This document shows positions 19,094-28,739 of a DNA stretch of 64,000 bases, piece by piece (the stretch's first letter is position 1; each line of letters opens with the position of its first letter). A program made the translations under genes and the position numbers. The DNA is from Shigella phage vB_SboM_Phaginator, in the sequence record OL615012. One strand, written 5' to 3'. The notes below the pieces were generated by a model. That model saw nothing but the letters and a program-made list of their open reading frames with translations. It made no database searches and had not been told where the DNA came from.

Positions 19094-21187
19094 TTATCCT
19101 TGAACGAACTTGTAAGGCATGTTTGTAATATCTATGCAAGACGCAATAATTCCAAGAGATGATTCTACTTTCTGTTTAACATTTGATGAAACAAATGATG
19201 CAAAGTCAACTCTGTCTTCTATTTCAATATCATCTGTCATTGCAACTACTTCGCCGGTTTCCATTAAATGGTCTCCGTCATAGATTACCGATTCGGTGAG
19301 TTCTTCTGTGGTCATAACTTCAGCTTGAATGAGTTTTGTATTATTAGATGTTGTTCCGTCATTATTAGAAGCATCAGTTATTTTATTAACTTTGACCATC
19401 AATCCGCGCGGTAGAATAACTTCAGCTTCTGTTGCTATTCCGAGACTTCCTGGATATACAACATTAACTTTATGAGCTCCATCAATTGCCCATCCTATTT
19501 GAACTTTAACGTATTCAGGATTTTCTTTATACGCTCTTATTTCGCTTGGATTAATAGTTATTCCTTCTTCATTTTTATCAACTGTCAATTCATTACGAGC
19601 TTCTGGTTCTAAAAGACCAATACCAGCATGTGTAATTCCAAAACGTCCAAAAATGATAGGAGTTAAAGAAGTAGATACAAAATTTCTGAAATAGAACACT
19701 TTATTTTTAACTAGTGCTTCGTATATAGGAGCAGTCATACTTTGAGCACGATAAACTGTGATGCCTTCCGGTATGCGGTCACCATTTTCAAAAGCTGAAT
19801 CTAAGTTATTTATAGCAGATTCAATTTCTTTTTCACTCATTACATCATATCGTTCTGGATTGTAACGACCTAAAAGAAGATTATTGATGTCAGTATATCC
19901 TGAACCGCAATATTCTCTAATGCCACGCTTTTGTGATGGAGTATATTTAGAACCATCACGGGCAATAGTAATATCAATCATTGGACCAGCACCAATTCCA
20001 GAAAAACTGTAAATCATTCGTTTGAGGAATTTAGTTTTTGCTGCGTTCCAGGAATTTTTAGTTATTTCTTCCCAGACTTCATCTGGTTGTCCTTTACGAG
20101 TTTTATTATGTTTATCAAGCCAATTATCTTTATATTCTTCAAAGAATTTATTAACAGCTGCTGCGTATTTCTCTAAACATTTTATTGAAGTAGTTGGTTC
20201 ATTTTTGATTGCGTTAAAAATTACATCTTTAATTTTTTCTGAAACTTCATCAACCTCACTTTTTGAAAAGAATTTATAGTCATAGTGAAGTTCATTCGCA
20301 GTTCCTTCGGCAATAATTTTTGCTGCCTTAGTTTTAGAAGCTAATGAATTAATTCCAAGCTTCATTTCTTCTGCTTCGGGAATTAAAGGAGCGGTAGCAG
20401 GTTTATTGAAATTAGCTGCGGTAGATTCATACTTCTGGAATAATTCACTTTCAAATCTAGAAGATTCCAATGATTGACTTTGTGCAATTGCTCTACGGGA
20501 AATTTTAACTTTAACGATTACCGCTTGGTCAGAACGTTTATCATTTTCTTGCGCAATAGATGCTGCAATTGCCTCATTTTTAGTTACTTGGGCTCCAGTA
20601 TCTTTATTGATATAAACATCACCGACCTTTGATTCAACTTTAGTAAATAGCTCGGTACTAATTTCCGGAACTCCTGGAATGTCTTCTAGTGATACATTTT
20701 TGCGATGTATAAGAATATATGCATACTTTTTATCGTAATCCCAGAGTTCCTTAAGAAGGACGTATCTGCCACCTGAACGACTACGGATAAGTCTATCAGC
20801 AATAACTTGAATTTGTCGAGCTTGGCCAGCAGTTTTAGACTTAAGAATACGAAGCATACAAGCATCAATTTTATATTGACGCATAGTTTGCATTGCAACA
20901 GTAAAAACTGAATTGATATAATTAATTGGGCTTGGACCAAGACCTTTTAATTTAGCAATTGAACCTTTAGCAGTTAATGTAAAAGGAACAATATGCATCA
21001 TTTTATCGCCCATCTTTAAATCGCGATTAGTATCACCTCCAGATGTATAGGTACATAAACGAAAGCCTGGTTGTTCAATTGCATCATCAACATGAACTGA
21101 AAAAATTTGTGGTATTTTCTTCTTTGGATTTAAGTTTGTAATCGGAAGAGTAGTATCTTCGTCAAATAATTCTGTAATAAGTTCCAT
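19094..21187 (-). CDS. alt: Alt ADP-ribosyltransferase (head-packaged)
   Basis: 697 aa, MELITELFDEDTTLPITNL…; ART motifs TVYRAQ, FVSTSL, TEAEVILPRG. Confidence 0.9.
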   Translation of the reverse strand: MELITELFDEDTTLPITNLNPKKKIPQIFSVHVDDAIEQPGFRLCTYTSGGDTNRDLKMGDKMMHIVPFTLTAKGSIAKLKGLGPSPINYINSVFTVAMQTMRQYKIDACMLRILKSKTAGQARQIQVIADRLIRSRSGGRYVLLKELWDYDKKYAYILIHRKNVSLEDIPGVPEISTELFTKVESKVGDVYINKDTGAQVTKNEAIAASIAQENDKRSDQAVIVKVKISRRAIAQSQSLESSRFESELFQKYESTAANFNKPATAPLIPEAEEMKLGINSLASKTKAAKIIAEGTANELHYDYKFFSKSEVDEVSEKIKDVIFNAIKNEPTTSIKCLEKYAAAVNKFFEEYKDNWLDKHNKTRKGQPDEVWEEITKNSWNAAKTKFLKRMIYSFSGIGAGPMIDITIARDGSKYTPSQKRGIREYCGSGYTDINNLLLGRYNPERYDVMSEKEIESAINNLDSAFENGDRIPEGITVYRAQSMTAPIYEALVKNKVFYFRNFVSTSLTPIIFGRFGITHAGIGLLEPEARNELTVDKNEEGITINPSEIRAYKENPEYVKVQIGWAIDGAHKVNVVYPGSLGIATEAEVILPRGLMVKVNKITDASNNDGTTSNNTKLIQAEVMTTEELTESVIYDGDHLMETGEVVAMTDDIEIEDRVDFASFVSSNVKQKVESSLGIIASCIDITNMPYKFVQG

Positions 21188-21239
21188 TATAGCCTCTCTA
21201 GTGTTTATTCTATTTATAAAATTAAAGGCCCGAAGGCCT

Positions 21240-21428
21240 TTAGTAATCTAGTGGTAAGAGAGTACGATATATTTCAAACTTTGGTCCTTTTTCATAGGCA
21301 TCAAATGTTTCTGTAAATTTATTATAAGCGTATGCATCTACAAATTCGAGAATGACTTGTGATACAGAAGTAGAAACATCTCCACCTTCTTTTTGAGCAA
21401 TGACAATTGTTTCTAAGTAAGCTTTCAT
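21240..21428 (-). CDS. Hypothetical protein
   Basis: 62-aa ORF; ATGA overlap with the stop of gene 30. Confidence 0.55.
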   Translation of the reverse strand: MKAYLETIVIAQKEGGDVSTSVSQVILEFVDAYAYNKFTETFDAYEKGPKFEIYRTLLPLDY

Positions 21429-22888
21429 AAACCAGTTACCTCATGAAAATCGCCAAATACATCTTCAAACGTATTAGCTTTAGTTTTATCTTCACGTAAA
21501 CGAATCGCAATCGGAAGAAATAATTTAACGTAATCAGTGCGGCCATCAGATTTTAACCAACCGTTGCATTCGCACTCTAGAATTTTTCCAATATAATAAT
21601 TTTGGTTTTCCATAATGCGAGTACGGTCAAGTTCATGCGATTTTACACCGGCTTTATCTTTTAAGCCTGAACCAGCATTTACTTTAATTTTTCCACACTC
21701 TGACTCAAGAATAAATCCACCCGCTTTAGTAGGGTCTTTACGGTGAGGATAAATTCCTACAATTTTTAAATCAACATCAATTACTTCTTTAAATTTATAA
21801 AGATTTTTTGAACGAGCATTTTCCCATAATCCATCGATATTTTTGAGAATAATACCTTCAAGACCTTGGTCAATATACTTTTTGTAAATTACCTTAGCTT
21901 CATCTAGGTTATTTACTACTTGGTTTTCAATTAAAATTACTTTATCATAGCCTGATGTCATTTGTTCTAGTTTAGAAAAACGTACATCATACTTTAAACG
22001 AAATGCAGGAAGACCATATATTTCTACTAATGGAACATAGTCCCAGACCTGAAACTTCATGCATTGTGCTTCTTTTTCGGAAATGGTTCCCTTTAAAGAT
22101 TTATTAGCGATTCCATTAGAAGTAGTACGTGATTCAGCTACTTCGGCGAATTCTTTAGCTTTACTAATTTCAGGATAAGCATCAAAAAGAAAATCTAGGC
22201 CTTCTGGCTCCTTTTCAACTTGCTCGTGGTATACCAATTCGCCATCAATTAACACACCTTCTGGATGAATCTGGCGGGCTTCAGCGGTCATTTTGATTAA
22301 CTCTTCCTTAAGAAGATCTAATCCTAGGTATTCATTACCAGCTCGTGATAAAAGACGAACATCATCTAATTCATCACCTCTGACTTCGGCAAAGCACCGA
22401 GCTCCATCAGCCTTTAACTGGGCAAAAGCTGGAAATTTGATATTCTTATTAATGCCTTTTTCATCATAAGAACTTGCCAGCATTTGAGGTTGTTCAGGAA
22501 TTAAACCTGGCCAAACTTTGTTTGCAATAGATATTGAAGCACCGCATTCAAGGTCTCGCATCATCACTCGACGCAAAACTTCAACATCATCCTTTTTACC
22601 ATCGGTGATATATCCAGTCAATTCCTCAATTGCAGCATTTCCGGTCAATTTCCGAGTAGCTAACGTGAATTCAATGAAGTCAAGCATATCGGTAATAGTC
22701 AGCATTCCAAAACTCTGGGTAGCAATACCAGGTTTAGGCCATTTCTTGATATAATACTGCAACCCACGAGAATAAGTCAGACGATATACTCGTTTAAGCA
22801 ATTCATTATCTTTATTCTTTTCAAGAATTGCTTGCTTCTGCTTAGTTGAACCAATAGATGCTATTTCGTTCAGAATTTTAAGAATCAT
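21425..22888 (-). CDS. 30: ATP-dependent DNA ligase gp30
   Basis: 487 aa; adenylation motif KADGAR; matches T4 DNA ligase. Confidence 0.95.
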   Translation of the reverse strand: MILKILNEIASIGSTKQKQAILEKNKDNELLKRVYRLTYSRGLQYYIKKWPKPGIATQSFGMLTITDMLDFIEFTLATRKLTGNAAIEELTGYITDGKKDDVEVLRRVMMRDLECGASISIANKVWPGLIPEQPQMLASSYDEKGINKNIKFPAFAQLKADGARCFAEVRGDELDDVRLLSRAGNEYLGLDLLKEELIKMTAEARQIHPEGVLIDGELVYHEQVEKEPEGLDFLFDAYPEISKAKEFAEVAESRTTSNGIANKSLKGTISEKEAQCMKFQVWDYVPLVEIYGLPAFRLKYDVRFSKLEQMTSGYDKVILIENQVVNNLDEAKVIYKKYIDQGLEGIILKNIDGLWENARSKNLYKFKEVIDVDLKIVGIYPHRKDPTKAGGFILESECGKIKVNAGSGLKDKAGVKSHELDRTRIMENQNYYIGKILECECNGWLKSDGRTDYVKLFLPIAIRLREDKTKANTFEDVFGDFHEVTGL

Positions 22889-23154
22889 TGTTCATCCTTT
22901 AGAGTTTGGTTTACAGCTCTATTATAAATCAATTCATCATTAAGCTCAGGCAAAGACTTATGATATGTAGTTCTAACTTTATTTCCTTGCATCCAGTGCT
23001 TGACGTAAATGAAACCTTGCTCTACACATTTTTTAAAAATTCGTTCGTCTTTTTGAGCTCGGAATTCTGGATTGCATCTAAAAAATTGATTTACGTGACC
23101 GTAATCACGTGTAGTATTACCTTCATTTTCATAAATAGTATGAACAACAAACAT
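22885..23154 (-). CDS. Hypothetical protein (30.1-like)
   Basis: 89-aa ORF with ATGA overlap. Confidence 0.6.
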   Translation of the reverse strand: MFVVHTIYENEGNTTRDYGHVNQFFRCNPEFRAQKDERIFKKCVEQGFIYVKHWMQGNKVRTTYHKSLPELNDELIYNRAVNQTLKDEQ

Positions 23155-24014
23155 TAGAATGCTCCTTGGAAAATATTATCACCACTACCACTAGTAAGTC
23201 TATTAAAATACCCTGCATCGCCAGGCTTAATATAACTCCATGTATGGAATGGATGGAATGGATTCTGATATGAGTGTGTATAATATGGATGATATGGATT
23301 ATAAGGATTAAATCCAGGAGTTCTCCAAGTAGTGTTCCAACGAAAAGAATCGTTTTTAATCATCTTTTCAACTACATCTTTTATAGCTTTTTCACTATCA
23401 AAACTTTCTTTATTTTCCTTCGATGGAAAAAGCTTATTCTCTACATCATTCCATGTATAAACTCGCTGTGCAGTTTTTGGAATACTGTCACGTTCCCCTC
23501 GAGCCATCCAATAAACAGGCACATTTAATATTTCACTCGCGTGATCGCAGTGGTGAGCGAGATCGTCAATATAACAAATTACGTTATATTTCTCTTTTGC
23601 CTTTTTGAACAACTCTTCTTTTGAAGAATCATGACCACACATCAATACTTCTGAGAAGGCACCAGGAAAAAGAGCATTCAAATTAAATTGACGATTCAGC
23701 AGAGCGTCAATAGAATCACCCAATGCTGTAACAGCTACAAAATTATAATCTTCTTTTAATTTGTTAATTACACACAGGGCATCTTTATATGGAGACAAGT
23801 AACGAATAAAATCTGAACGATTGTATTTTTCAATTAACTTGACGCCAAGTTCTTCATCACAATTAAAGAGTTTACCAGGAGAAATAAATTTCTCATCTTG
23901 GATCATTTTTAAAATATGTTCTAACGGAAGATTATATTTTTGGGCAAAATAAGGAAGACCTGATTGCCAGCTTAAACATACACCATCAATATCAGTCAAA
24001 ATAGTAGGCTTCAT
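23154..24014 (-). CDS. HAD-superfamily phosphatase-like protein with Pro/Tyr/His-rich tail (30.2-like)
   Basis: 286 aa; N-terminal ILTDIDGV (HAD motif I) and YIDD; C-terminal NPYNPYHPYYTHSYQNPFHPFHTW. Confidence 0.65.
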   Translation of the reverse strand: MKPTILTDIDGVCLSWQSGLPYFAQKYNLPLEHILKMIQDEKFISPGKLFNCDEELGVKLIEKYNRSDFIRYLSPYKDALCVINKLKEDYNFVAVTALGDSIDALLNRQFNLNALFPGAFSEVLMCGHDSSKEELFKKAKEKYNVICYIDDLAHHCDHASEILNVPVYWMARGERDSIPKTAQRVYTWNDVENKLFPSKENKESFDSEKAIKDVVEKMIKNDSFRWNTTWRTPGFNPYNPYHPYYTHSYQNPFHPFHTWSYIKPGDAGYFNRLTSGSGDNIFQGAF

Positions 24015-24469
24015 AGAGAGTCTCTTAATAGGTTTAACACATCAATAAATTCAGCTTCGGTTAGTATTGTATCATCTTTTGTTAGACCACTAGCCATGCT
24101 GTGCTTCAAAACTTTTCCTTTCGAGGCTTGTAATGCATCACGAAAGCCCTTGTTTTGGATCGCTGTTTCAAAATATGCATTTGTGTATAATTCTTTCCAC
24201 GCCGGGGAGTATCTTGAAAACGGAACTCCGAGCCAGAAGAGGGTCCCACGGTCCTGAGCTCTAGCATAAGACCTTCCAGCTTGTTGGGCGGCAAGCCCGG
24301 ATAACCCAAATACACGACGTTGTTGTTCAACATTTTTCACCTTGCACCCTTGGAGGAATCCTTCAAGACCTCCAAATTGAATACCATCCATAACGAAAGG
24401 CCATTGGGCGAAATTACTTAATGCACATGATGGCCACCTAAAATTGCTTCTAATCTCTAACTCAGACAT
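24011..24469 (-). CDS. NADAR/YbiA-like (DUF1768) protein (30.3-like)
   Basis: Track start is a TTG; trimmed to the ATG at 24469 (MSELEIRSNFRWPSCALSNFAQWPF…GIQFGGLEGFLQ…); NADAR-type motifs recognised by eye. Confidence 0.65.
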   Translation of the reverse strand: MSELEIRSNFRWPSCALSNFAQWPFVMDGIQFGGLEGFLQGCKVKNVEQQRRVFGLSGLAAQQAGRSYARAQDRGTLFWLGVPFSRYSPAWKELYTNAYFETAIQNKGFRDALQASKGKVLKHSMASGLTKDDTILTEAEFIDVLNLLRDSL

Positions 24470-24668
24470 TTTCAATACTTATAATTTCAACATCAGCCCA
24501 ATGACCATAGCAAGGAAGACGAAATTCAACTGGCCAGTTAGGGTCCTTTTCTAATATAACAGACTCAACTCGTGGTTCTTCATGTTCATCAGTATATGGA
24601 TTTTTATCTGTTACTTTATATGTGACCTTAATGTACTGAATTCCAAAAATCTTATTAATTATATTCAT
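24462..24668 (-). CDS. Hypothetical protein (30.4-like)
   Basis: 68-aa ORF in operon. Confidence 0.55.
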   Translation of the reverse strand: MNIINKIFGIQYIKVTYKVTDKNPYTDEHEEPRVESVILEKDPNWPVEFRLPCYGHWADVEIISIENV

Positions 24669-24862
24669 ACTAATTCCTTTAATCCGTAAATAGGAGATAA
24701 TTCATCACCCATACGAAGGTCTTCATTTCCATCTACCCAGGAAACAATATAAGCCTCTTTTATTTGAATACCACTCCATTTAAATGGAGGTAGAACCTTA
24801 GAAATTAATCCAGGTATACCAACTACCTTTAATTCAACAGTTTGACCTAAAAAGAATTTCAT
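24665..24862 (-). CDS. Hypothetical protein (30.5-like)
   Basis: 65-aa ORF with ATGA overlap. Confidence 0.55.
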   Translation of the reverse strand: MKFFLGQTVELKVVGIPGLISKVLPPFKWSGIQIKEAYIVSWVDGNEDLRMGDELSPIYGLKELV

Positions 24863-25149
24863 TAGAACCTCATCTGAAAACCGTGCGATTTAACATTACC
24901 ACCGCCAATATCAGAAATGTTAATTTCACTCGCAATCGAAGGATCGATGTCAATTTCACGATTAAGTTTAGTGATAGCTAAAGTATCACGCCCATTTACT
25001 GTACGGAATTCTAAAGGACAAACCACATCAACGTAATTTTTAATCGATTCACTGGTAGGTTGCAAATGAGCAGGAAGGTCTTTAGGCGCCTTTGAGAAAA
25101 CAACTTCACAGAAATTTTTGCGGGTATCAAAATAAGTAGTCATAAACAT
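24862..25149 (-). CDS. Hypothetical protein (30.6-like)
   Basis: 95-aa ORF; SD GAGGA upstream. Confidence 0.6.
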   Translation of the reverse strand: MFMTTYFDTRKNFCEVVFSKAPKDLPAHLQPTSESIKNYVDVVCPLEFRTVNGRDTLAITKLNREIDIDPSIASEINISDIGGGNVKSHGFQMRF

Positions 25150-25190
25150 AATATTTTCCTCAGTAAGGGGCCGAAGCCCCTCATTTATTT

Positions 25191-25556
25191 TTAAATATCA
25201 AATTCGTTGAGAACTACATCAAAGATTGCTTCAAGATGTTCAGGTTTAGCTCTGTTACTCAGAATATGACGAATCCAAGTTTTAACCAGAAGCTTGCGAT
25301 TAACACCATTCCAGCAAGGATGAGTCCCTAAATCGCGTTGACGAAAATCATCATCCAAAGCGATTTTGAAGTTGGAACCTTCCATTGTGATTGAAACCGT
25401 GATGCCATTTTCAAATCGCATATAAACGTAGTTAGAAGTCATATACTGTTCAATTTCGCATACTGATCCATTTTGATGTTTCCAAAGGCAAATAGTATCA
25501 ATAGAACCTGCAATACCATTAGAAACATATTTACGTTCAAAGTTGATGTAGTTCAT
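25191..25556 (-). CDS. Hypothetical protein (30.7-like)
   Basis: 121-aa ORF. Confidence 0.6.
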   Translation of the reverse strand: MNYINFERKYVSNGIAGSIDTICLWKHQNGSVCEIEQYMTSNYVYMRFENGITVSITMEGSNFKIALDDDFRQRDLGTHPCWNGVNRKLLVKTWIRHILSNRAKPEHLEAIFDVVLNEFDI

Positions 25557-25624
25557 TTTTATTCTCCAAGATGTTTAATTGCGGTACAGGTATATAATAT
25601 CATATCCTGTACCAAAGTAAACAA

Positions 25625-25957
25625 TTATTTTACTACTTTCCAGTGCTTCATGTCAAGTTTACCAACTTTTTTCATCTTCTCAATCAAACGTTCGGCACGT
25701 TGGCGAGCTGTAACATAATACCATTCACCTAATTCATTTTGTTCAATTTTTCCAACGATTACTGTATTCAATTCATAAATCCAACCAGTAAAGAAATTAT
25801 GAACTTGAATTGTAAAAGTGAAATCTGTTCCCATACCTTCTGTTGTTTCTACTTCAATAATATCACCTTCAACTGCCATTAAGAACCACATAGTTTCATC
25901 ATATTTACCATTGAAGCATTTAGTTTTAACTGTAGCGTTCAGATTAATCGTTTTCAT
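25625..25957 (-). CDS. Hypothetical protein (30.8-like)
   Basis: 110-aa ORF with early-type promoter and SD AAGGAGA upstream. Confidence 0.6.
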   Translation of the reverse strand: MKTINLNATVKTKCFNGKYDETMWFLMAVEGDIIEVETTEGMGTDFTFTIQVHNFFTGWIYELNTVIVGKIEQNELGEWYYVTARQRAERLIEKMKKVGKLDMKHWKVVK

Positions 25958-26032
25958 TTTATTCTCCTTTGTTTGTGTAAGATAATACTATCACAAAGGA
26001 GCTATACTGTAAACAACTTTATGCAATCTTTG

Positions 26033-26062
26033 GAAAATAAAAAAGGACTCCCGAAGGAGTCC
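26033..26062 (-). terminator. Intrinsic terminator downstream of the 30.9-like gene
   Basis: Minus strand: hairpin ggactcc-ttcg-ggagtcc followed by TTTTTTATTTT. Confidence 0.65.
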
Positions 26063-26067
26063 TCAAC

Positions 26068-26244
26068 TTATGCTTTCTGCTTACCAAAACGAGAAGCATC
26101 ATCTCGAAGAACCGCACGTGCTCGGCGCATGATCTTCTCAACAGTTTGATTGATACGAGAGTTCGACCCACGCTTGTAGCCAGCGCGTTTAGAATCACCA
26201 ACTTTCTTTTCAACTGCTTTCTTTGCTTTAACTTGTTTTGCCAT
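26068..26244 (-). CDS. Small highly basic protein (30.9-like)
   Basis: Trimmed from the 72-aa track ORF to the internal ATG (MAKQVKAKKAVEKK…), which has a better RBS context; strong terminator downstream. Confidence 0.55.
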   Translation of the reverse strand: MAKQVKAKKAVEKKVGDSKRAGYKRGSNSRINQTVEKIMRRARAVLRDDASRFGKQKA

Positions 26245-26488
26245 TATAAATTCTCTTTTAAATGAAAATGCAGGACTTATTGGCATTGCCTGCGCAAGCC
26301 CTCAAGGGGAACATAGGTTTTTGGATATTTAACGACCAGGATAACCATAAACCCGTCATCATTCACATTCAAGAGGTACACCGTAAAACTGCCGGGGTCT
26401 TAAAACTATAATGATTCGCAAATCATTAATCAGACAGTTCGACGGCTCCTCGATTTAGCTCACACTAAGGCAGTGAATCTCCAATAAA

Positions 26489-26737
26489 TTACTTCAATGT
26501 TACCACAAAGTGACGAACTGCTTTTCGTGCAGCAGAAGCCAGAGGCTTAGCATACTTAAGTTCATCTTTTTCCTGAAGCTCAGCAGCTAATGCAGTTTGA
26601 GCAGGATTCAGATGTTTGAAATAACGCAGGATTTCAAGAGCTTCGGCTTCAACATCAATAGATGCGCCATAGTTTTCGTGACCATTATTCCATGCGTTTC
26701 GTTGCAGTTCAAGAGCGTGTTGTAATTGTTTAATCAT
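26489..26737 (-). CDS. rIII: rIII lysis-inhibition accessory protein
   Basis: 82 aa, MIKQLQHALELQRNAWNNGHENYG…; matches T4 RIII. Confidence 0.9.
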   Translation of the reverse strand: MIKQLQHALELQRNAWNNGHENYGASIDVEAEALEILRYFKHLNPAQTALAAELQEKDELKYAKPLASAARKAVRHFVVTLK

Positions 26738-26885
26738 TTAAAAATTCTCGTTAGAGATTAAAAACTCGGTAGTCACGTTCTTCTGAATTTCATCTTCTTT
26801 CGACAGATCTCTCAGTTGTAGACTACCACATAGAATTGTTCGGTTAACTTATTATTCCGACACCCAATTCATATTATTATTTATA

Positions 26886-27221
26886 TCACTTATAAAGACA
26901 CGGAATAGCTTTATAGTGACAAGTAACGAATTTTTGTTTAATTTCTTTTGGCTGCTTAAGACCCAGAGCTACAAAAGGATGCGGAACATTTCGAATTTGA
27001 CCAACTGGAAGAGAAGTCAAATCACCAACTTCGCAGAAACCTTCAGGAACATCAGGACCAACAGAGTGAACTACACACAGTTCAGGAACTTCACCTTGAA
27101 CACGTTTACCGATAATAAGTCCTGATTCTGTAACTTCTTCATCACCGGCTTGTGCAGGTTCAGAAACTAAAATAACATATTCACCGACAGCACGAATTGG
27201 TAGCTGTTGTACTTCAGACAT
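26886..27221 (-). CDS. 31: gp31 co-chaperonin (GroES analogue)
   Basis: 111 aa, [55 protein letters not shown]…. Confidence 0.95.
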
Positions 27222-27277
27222 CGTTTTTCCTTTTTGTTAACAGATGAATTAATAATAACAAATAATTCTTAAAGCAT

Positions 27278-27586
27278 TTATTTACCAATAAATTGGAGTA
27301 AATGCTCAACTTTCATACCATTAACAGAAATCAATTTGTCAATAGAAAAACCTCGCCATGCACCAAGTTCAACATCAAATACTGGAATCATGTCAGTAGA
27401 TTCTTTCCAAGTAGATTCAGTCAATTTACCAGTTTGCATGGTTGGCATAAAGTCTGCATCACGAGTACCTTTCATAGTACGAATAGTACCATCAGACTTT
27501 TCAAAAACTACGTTTGAAATACCCATGGACAATTTAGTTTTCAAAATTTCACGAATTGCTACTTTCTGCTCAGTTGTCAGTTTCAT
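27278..27586 (-). CDS. Hypothetical protein (31.1-like)
   Basis: 102-aa ORF. Confidence 0.6.
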   Translation of the reverse strand: MKLTTEQKVAIREILKTKLSMGISNVVFEKSDGTIRTMKGTRDADFMPTMQTGKLTESTWKESTDMIPVFDVELGAWRGFSIDKLISVNGMKVEHLLQFIGK

Positions 27587-27823
27587 TTATTTACCTATTA
27601 CAGTTTTAATATGGGTTGTTCCACGTTCTTTAAGAGTGGAAAGCAATTTTTGGCATTTTTCTAAATCAGATTTCCAACTATATGGTCTATCAATACAAAC
27701 CCATTCTGACTTATAATACTGCTTCCATTTAGAGAAAAAATATTTCTTATACTCTACAGCAAATGAAATATTCTCATTAGAATAAGAACTAATTGCTGTG
27801 AGCTGTACCAAACGAAATTTCAT
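27587..27823 (-). CDS. Hypothetical protein (31.2-like)
   Basis: 78-aa ORF. Confidence 0.55.
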   Translation of the reverse strand: MKFRLVQLTAISSYSNENISFAVEYKKYFFSKWKQYYKSEWVCIDRPYSWKSDLEKCQKLLSTLKERGTTHIKTVIGK

Positions 27824-28404
27824 TATTCACCACAGAATTCGTTGATATTTTCCCAGTTTAACTTATTCAAGTTTTTCTTAGGAACATTAAACACTTCAAT
27901 ACCTGCATTTCGCAGAATATCATCCCAACCAGGTTTATTTTTATCGTATGTTTCGCAATAAACCAGCTTTTTAATACCAGATTGAGCTATCGCTTTTGCG
28001 CAATCTGGACAAGGAGAAAGTGTTACATACATAGTAGCACCTTCAATAGAAGAACCATTTCGTGCAGCAAACAAAATTGCATTTAGTTCAGCATGAATTT
28101 CATTTTTAGACGACCATTCAGAGTGAGCGCTACGGTGTTCTTTCGCCAAAACAAAGCGATCAGTTGAACCGAATGATATGCATTCAGGCTTATGGCCTTG
28201 AATGATAGTATGTTTAGGCTTATTCAACAACCAACCTTGCTCAGCAGCATAATCACAACAGTTCACACCTCCTGCGGGTGAACCATTATACCCAGTAGAA
28301 ATAATACGTCCATTCTTTTCAATTACTGCTCCTACCTTCCAGGAGCAACATTTTGATTCTTGTGATACTAAATATGCAATTTGAAGTACTGTACTCGCTT
28401 TCAT
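27823..28404 (-). CDS. cd: dCMP deaminase
   Basis: 193 aa; zinc-dependent deaminase motifs HAELNAI and SPCPDCAKAI. Confidence 0.95.
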   Translation of the reverse strand: MKASTVLQIAYLVSQESKCCSWKVGAVIEKNGRIISTGYNGSPAGGVNCCDYAAEQGWLLNKPKHTIIQGHKPECISFGSTDRFVLAKEHRSAHSEWSSKNEIHAELNAILFAARNGSSIEGATMYVTLSPCPDCAKAIAQSGIKKLVYCETYDKNKPGWDDILRNAGIEVFNVPKKNLNKLNWENINEFCGE

Positions 28405-28739
28405 TTCATAATCACCAGATAAGCAGATTTAGCAGTTTCAACACGATAAATTTCGTGACGAAGTTTAGTTATACTTTTAATAACAGAACTAATTATATTC
28501 TGCCCATCTTTAAAGCGGTTTTTCTTATCAATAAAAACTGCGCCAGTCATCTTTTTGTGAAGCTCAACTGGATACTTCGTCACAATAATAGCATCATACA
28601 CAGAAGGATGAATACTATTCACCAGAGTATCATTCATTAAAGTTATTCTAATGAACTGTGCTGTTTCAGAATCAAGCGCTCTATGATCGCCAGTATCATT
28701 TTCAAGACAATTATCAATTATATCAGTTAAATTCATCAT
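28401..28739 (-). CDS. Hypothetical protein (cd.1-like)
   Basis: 112-aa ORF with ATGA overlap. Confidence 0.6.
   Translation of the reverse strand: MMNLTDIIDNCLENDTGDHRALDSETAQFIRITLMNDTLVNSIHPSVYDAIIVTKYPVELHKKMTGAVFIDKKNRFKDGQNIISSVIKSITKLRHEIYRVETAKSAYLVIMK

Noticed and set aside
25165-25185. GC-rich hairpin ggggc-cgaa-gcccc between the 30.7-like and 30.6-like genes as a terminator
   Set aside because: On the transcribed minus strand it is followed by the SD and ATG of the next gene rather than a U-tract; more likely an RNA stability or processing hairpin within a polycistronic mRNA than a terminator.
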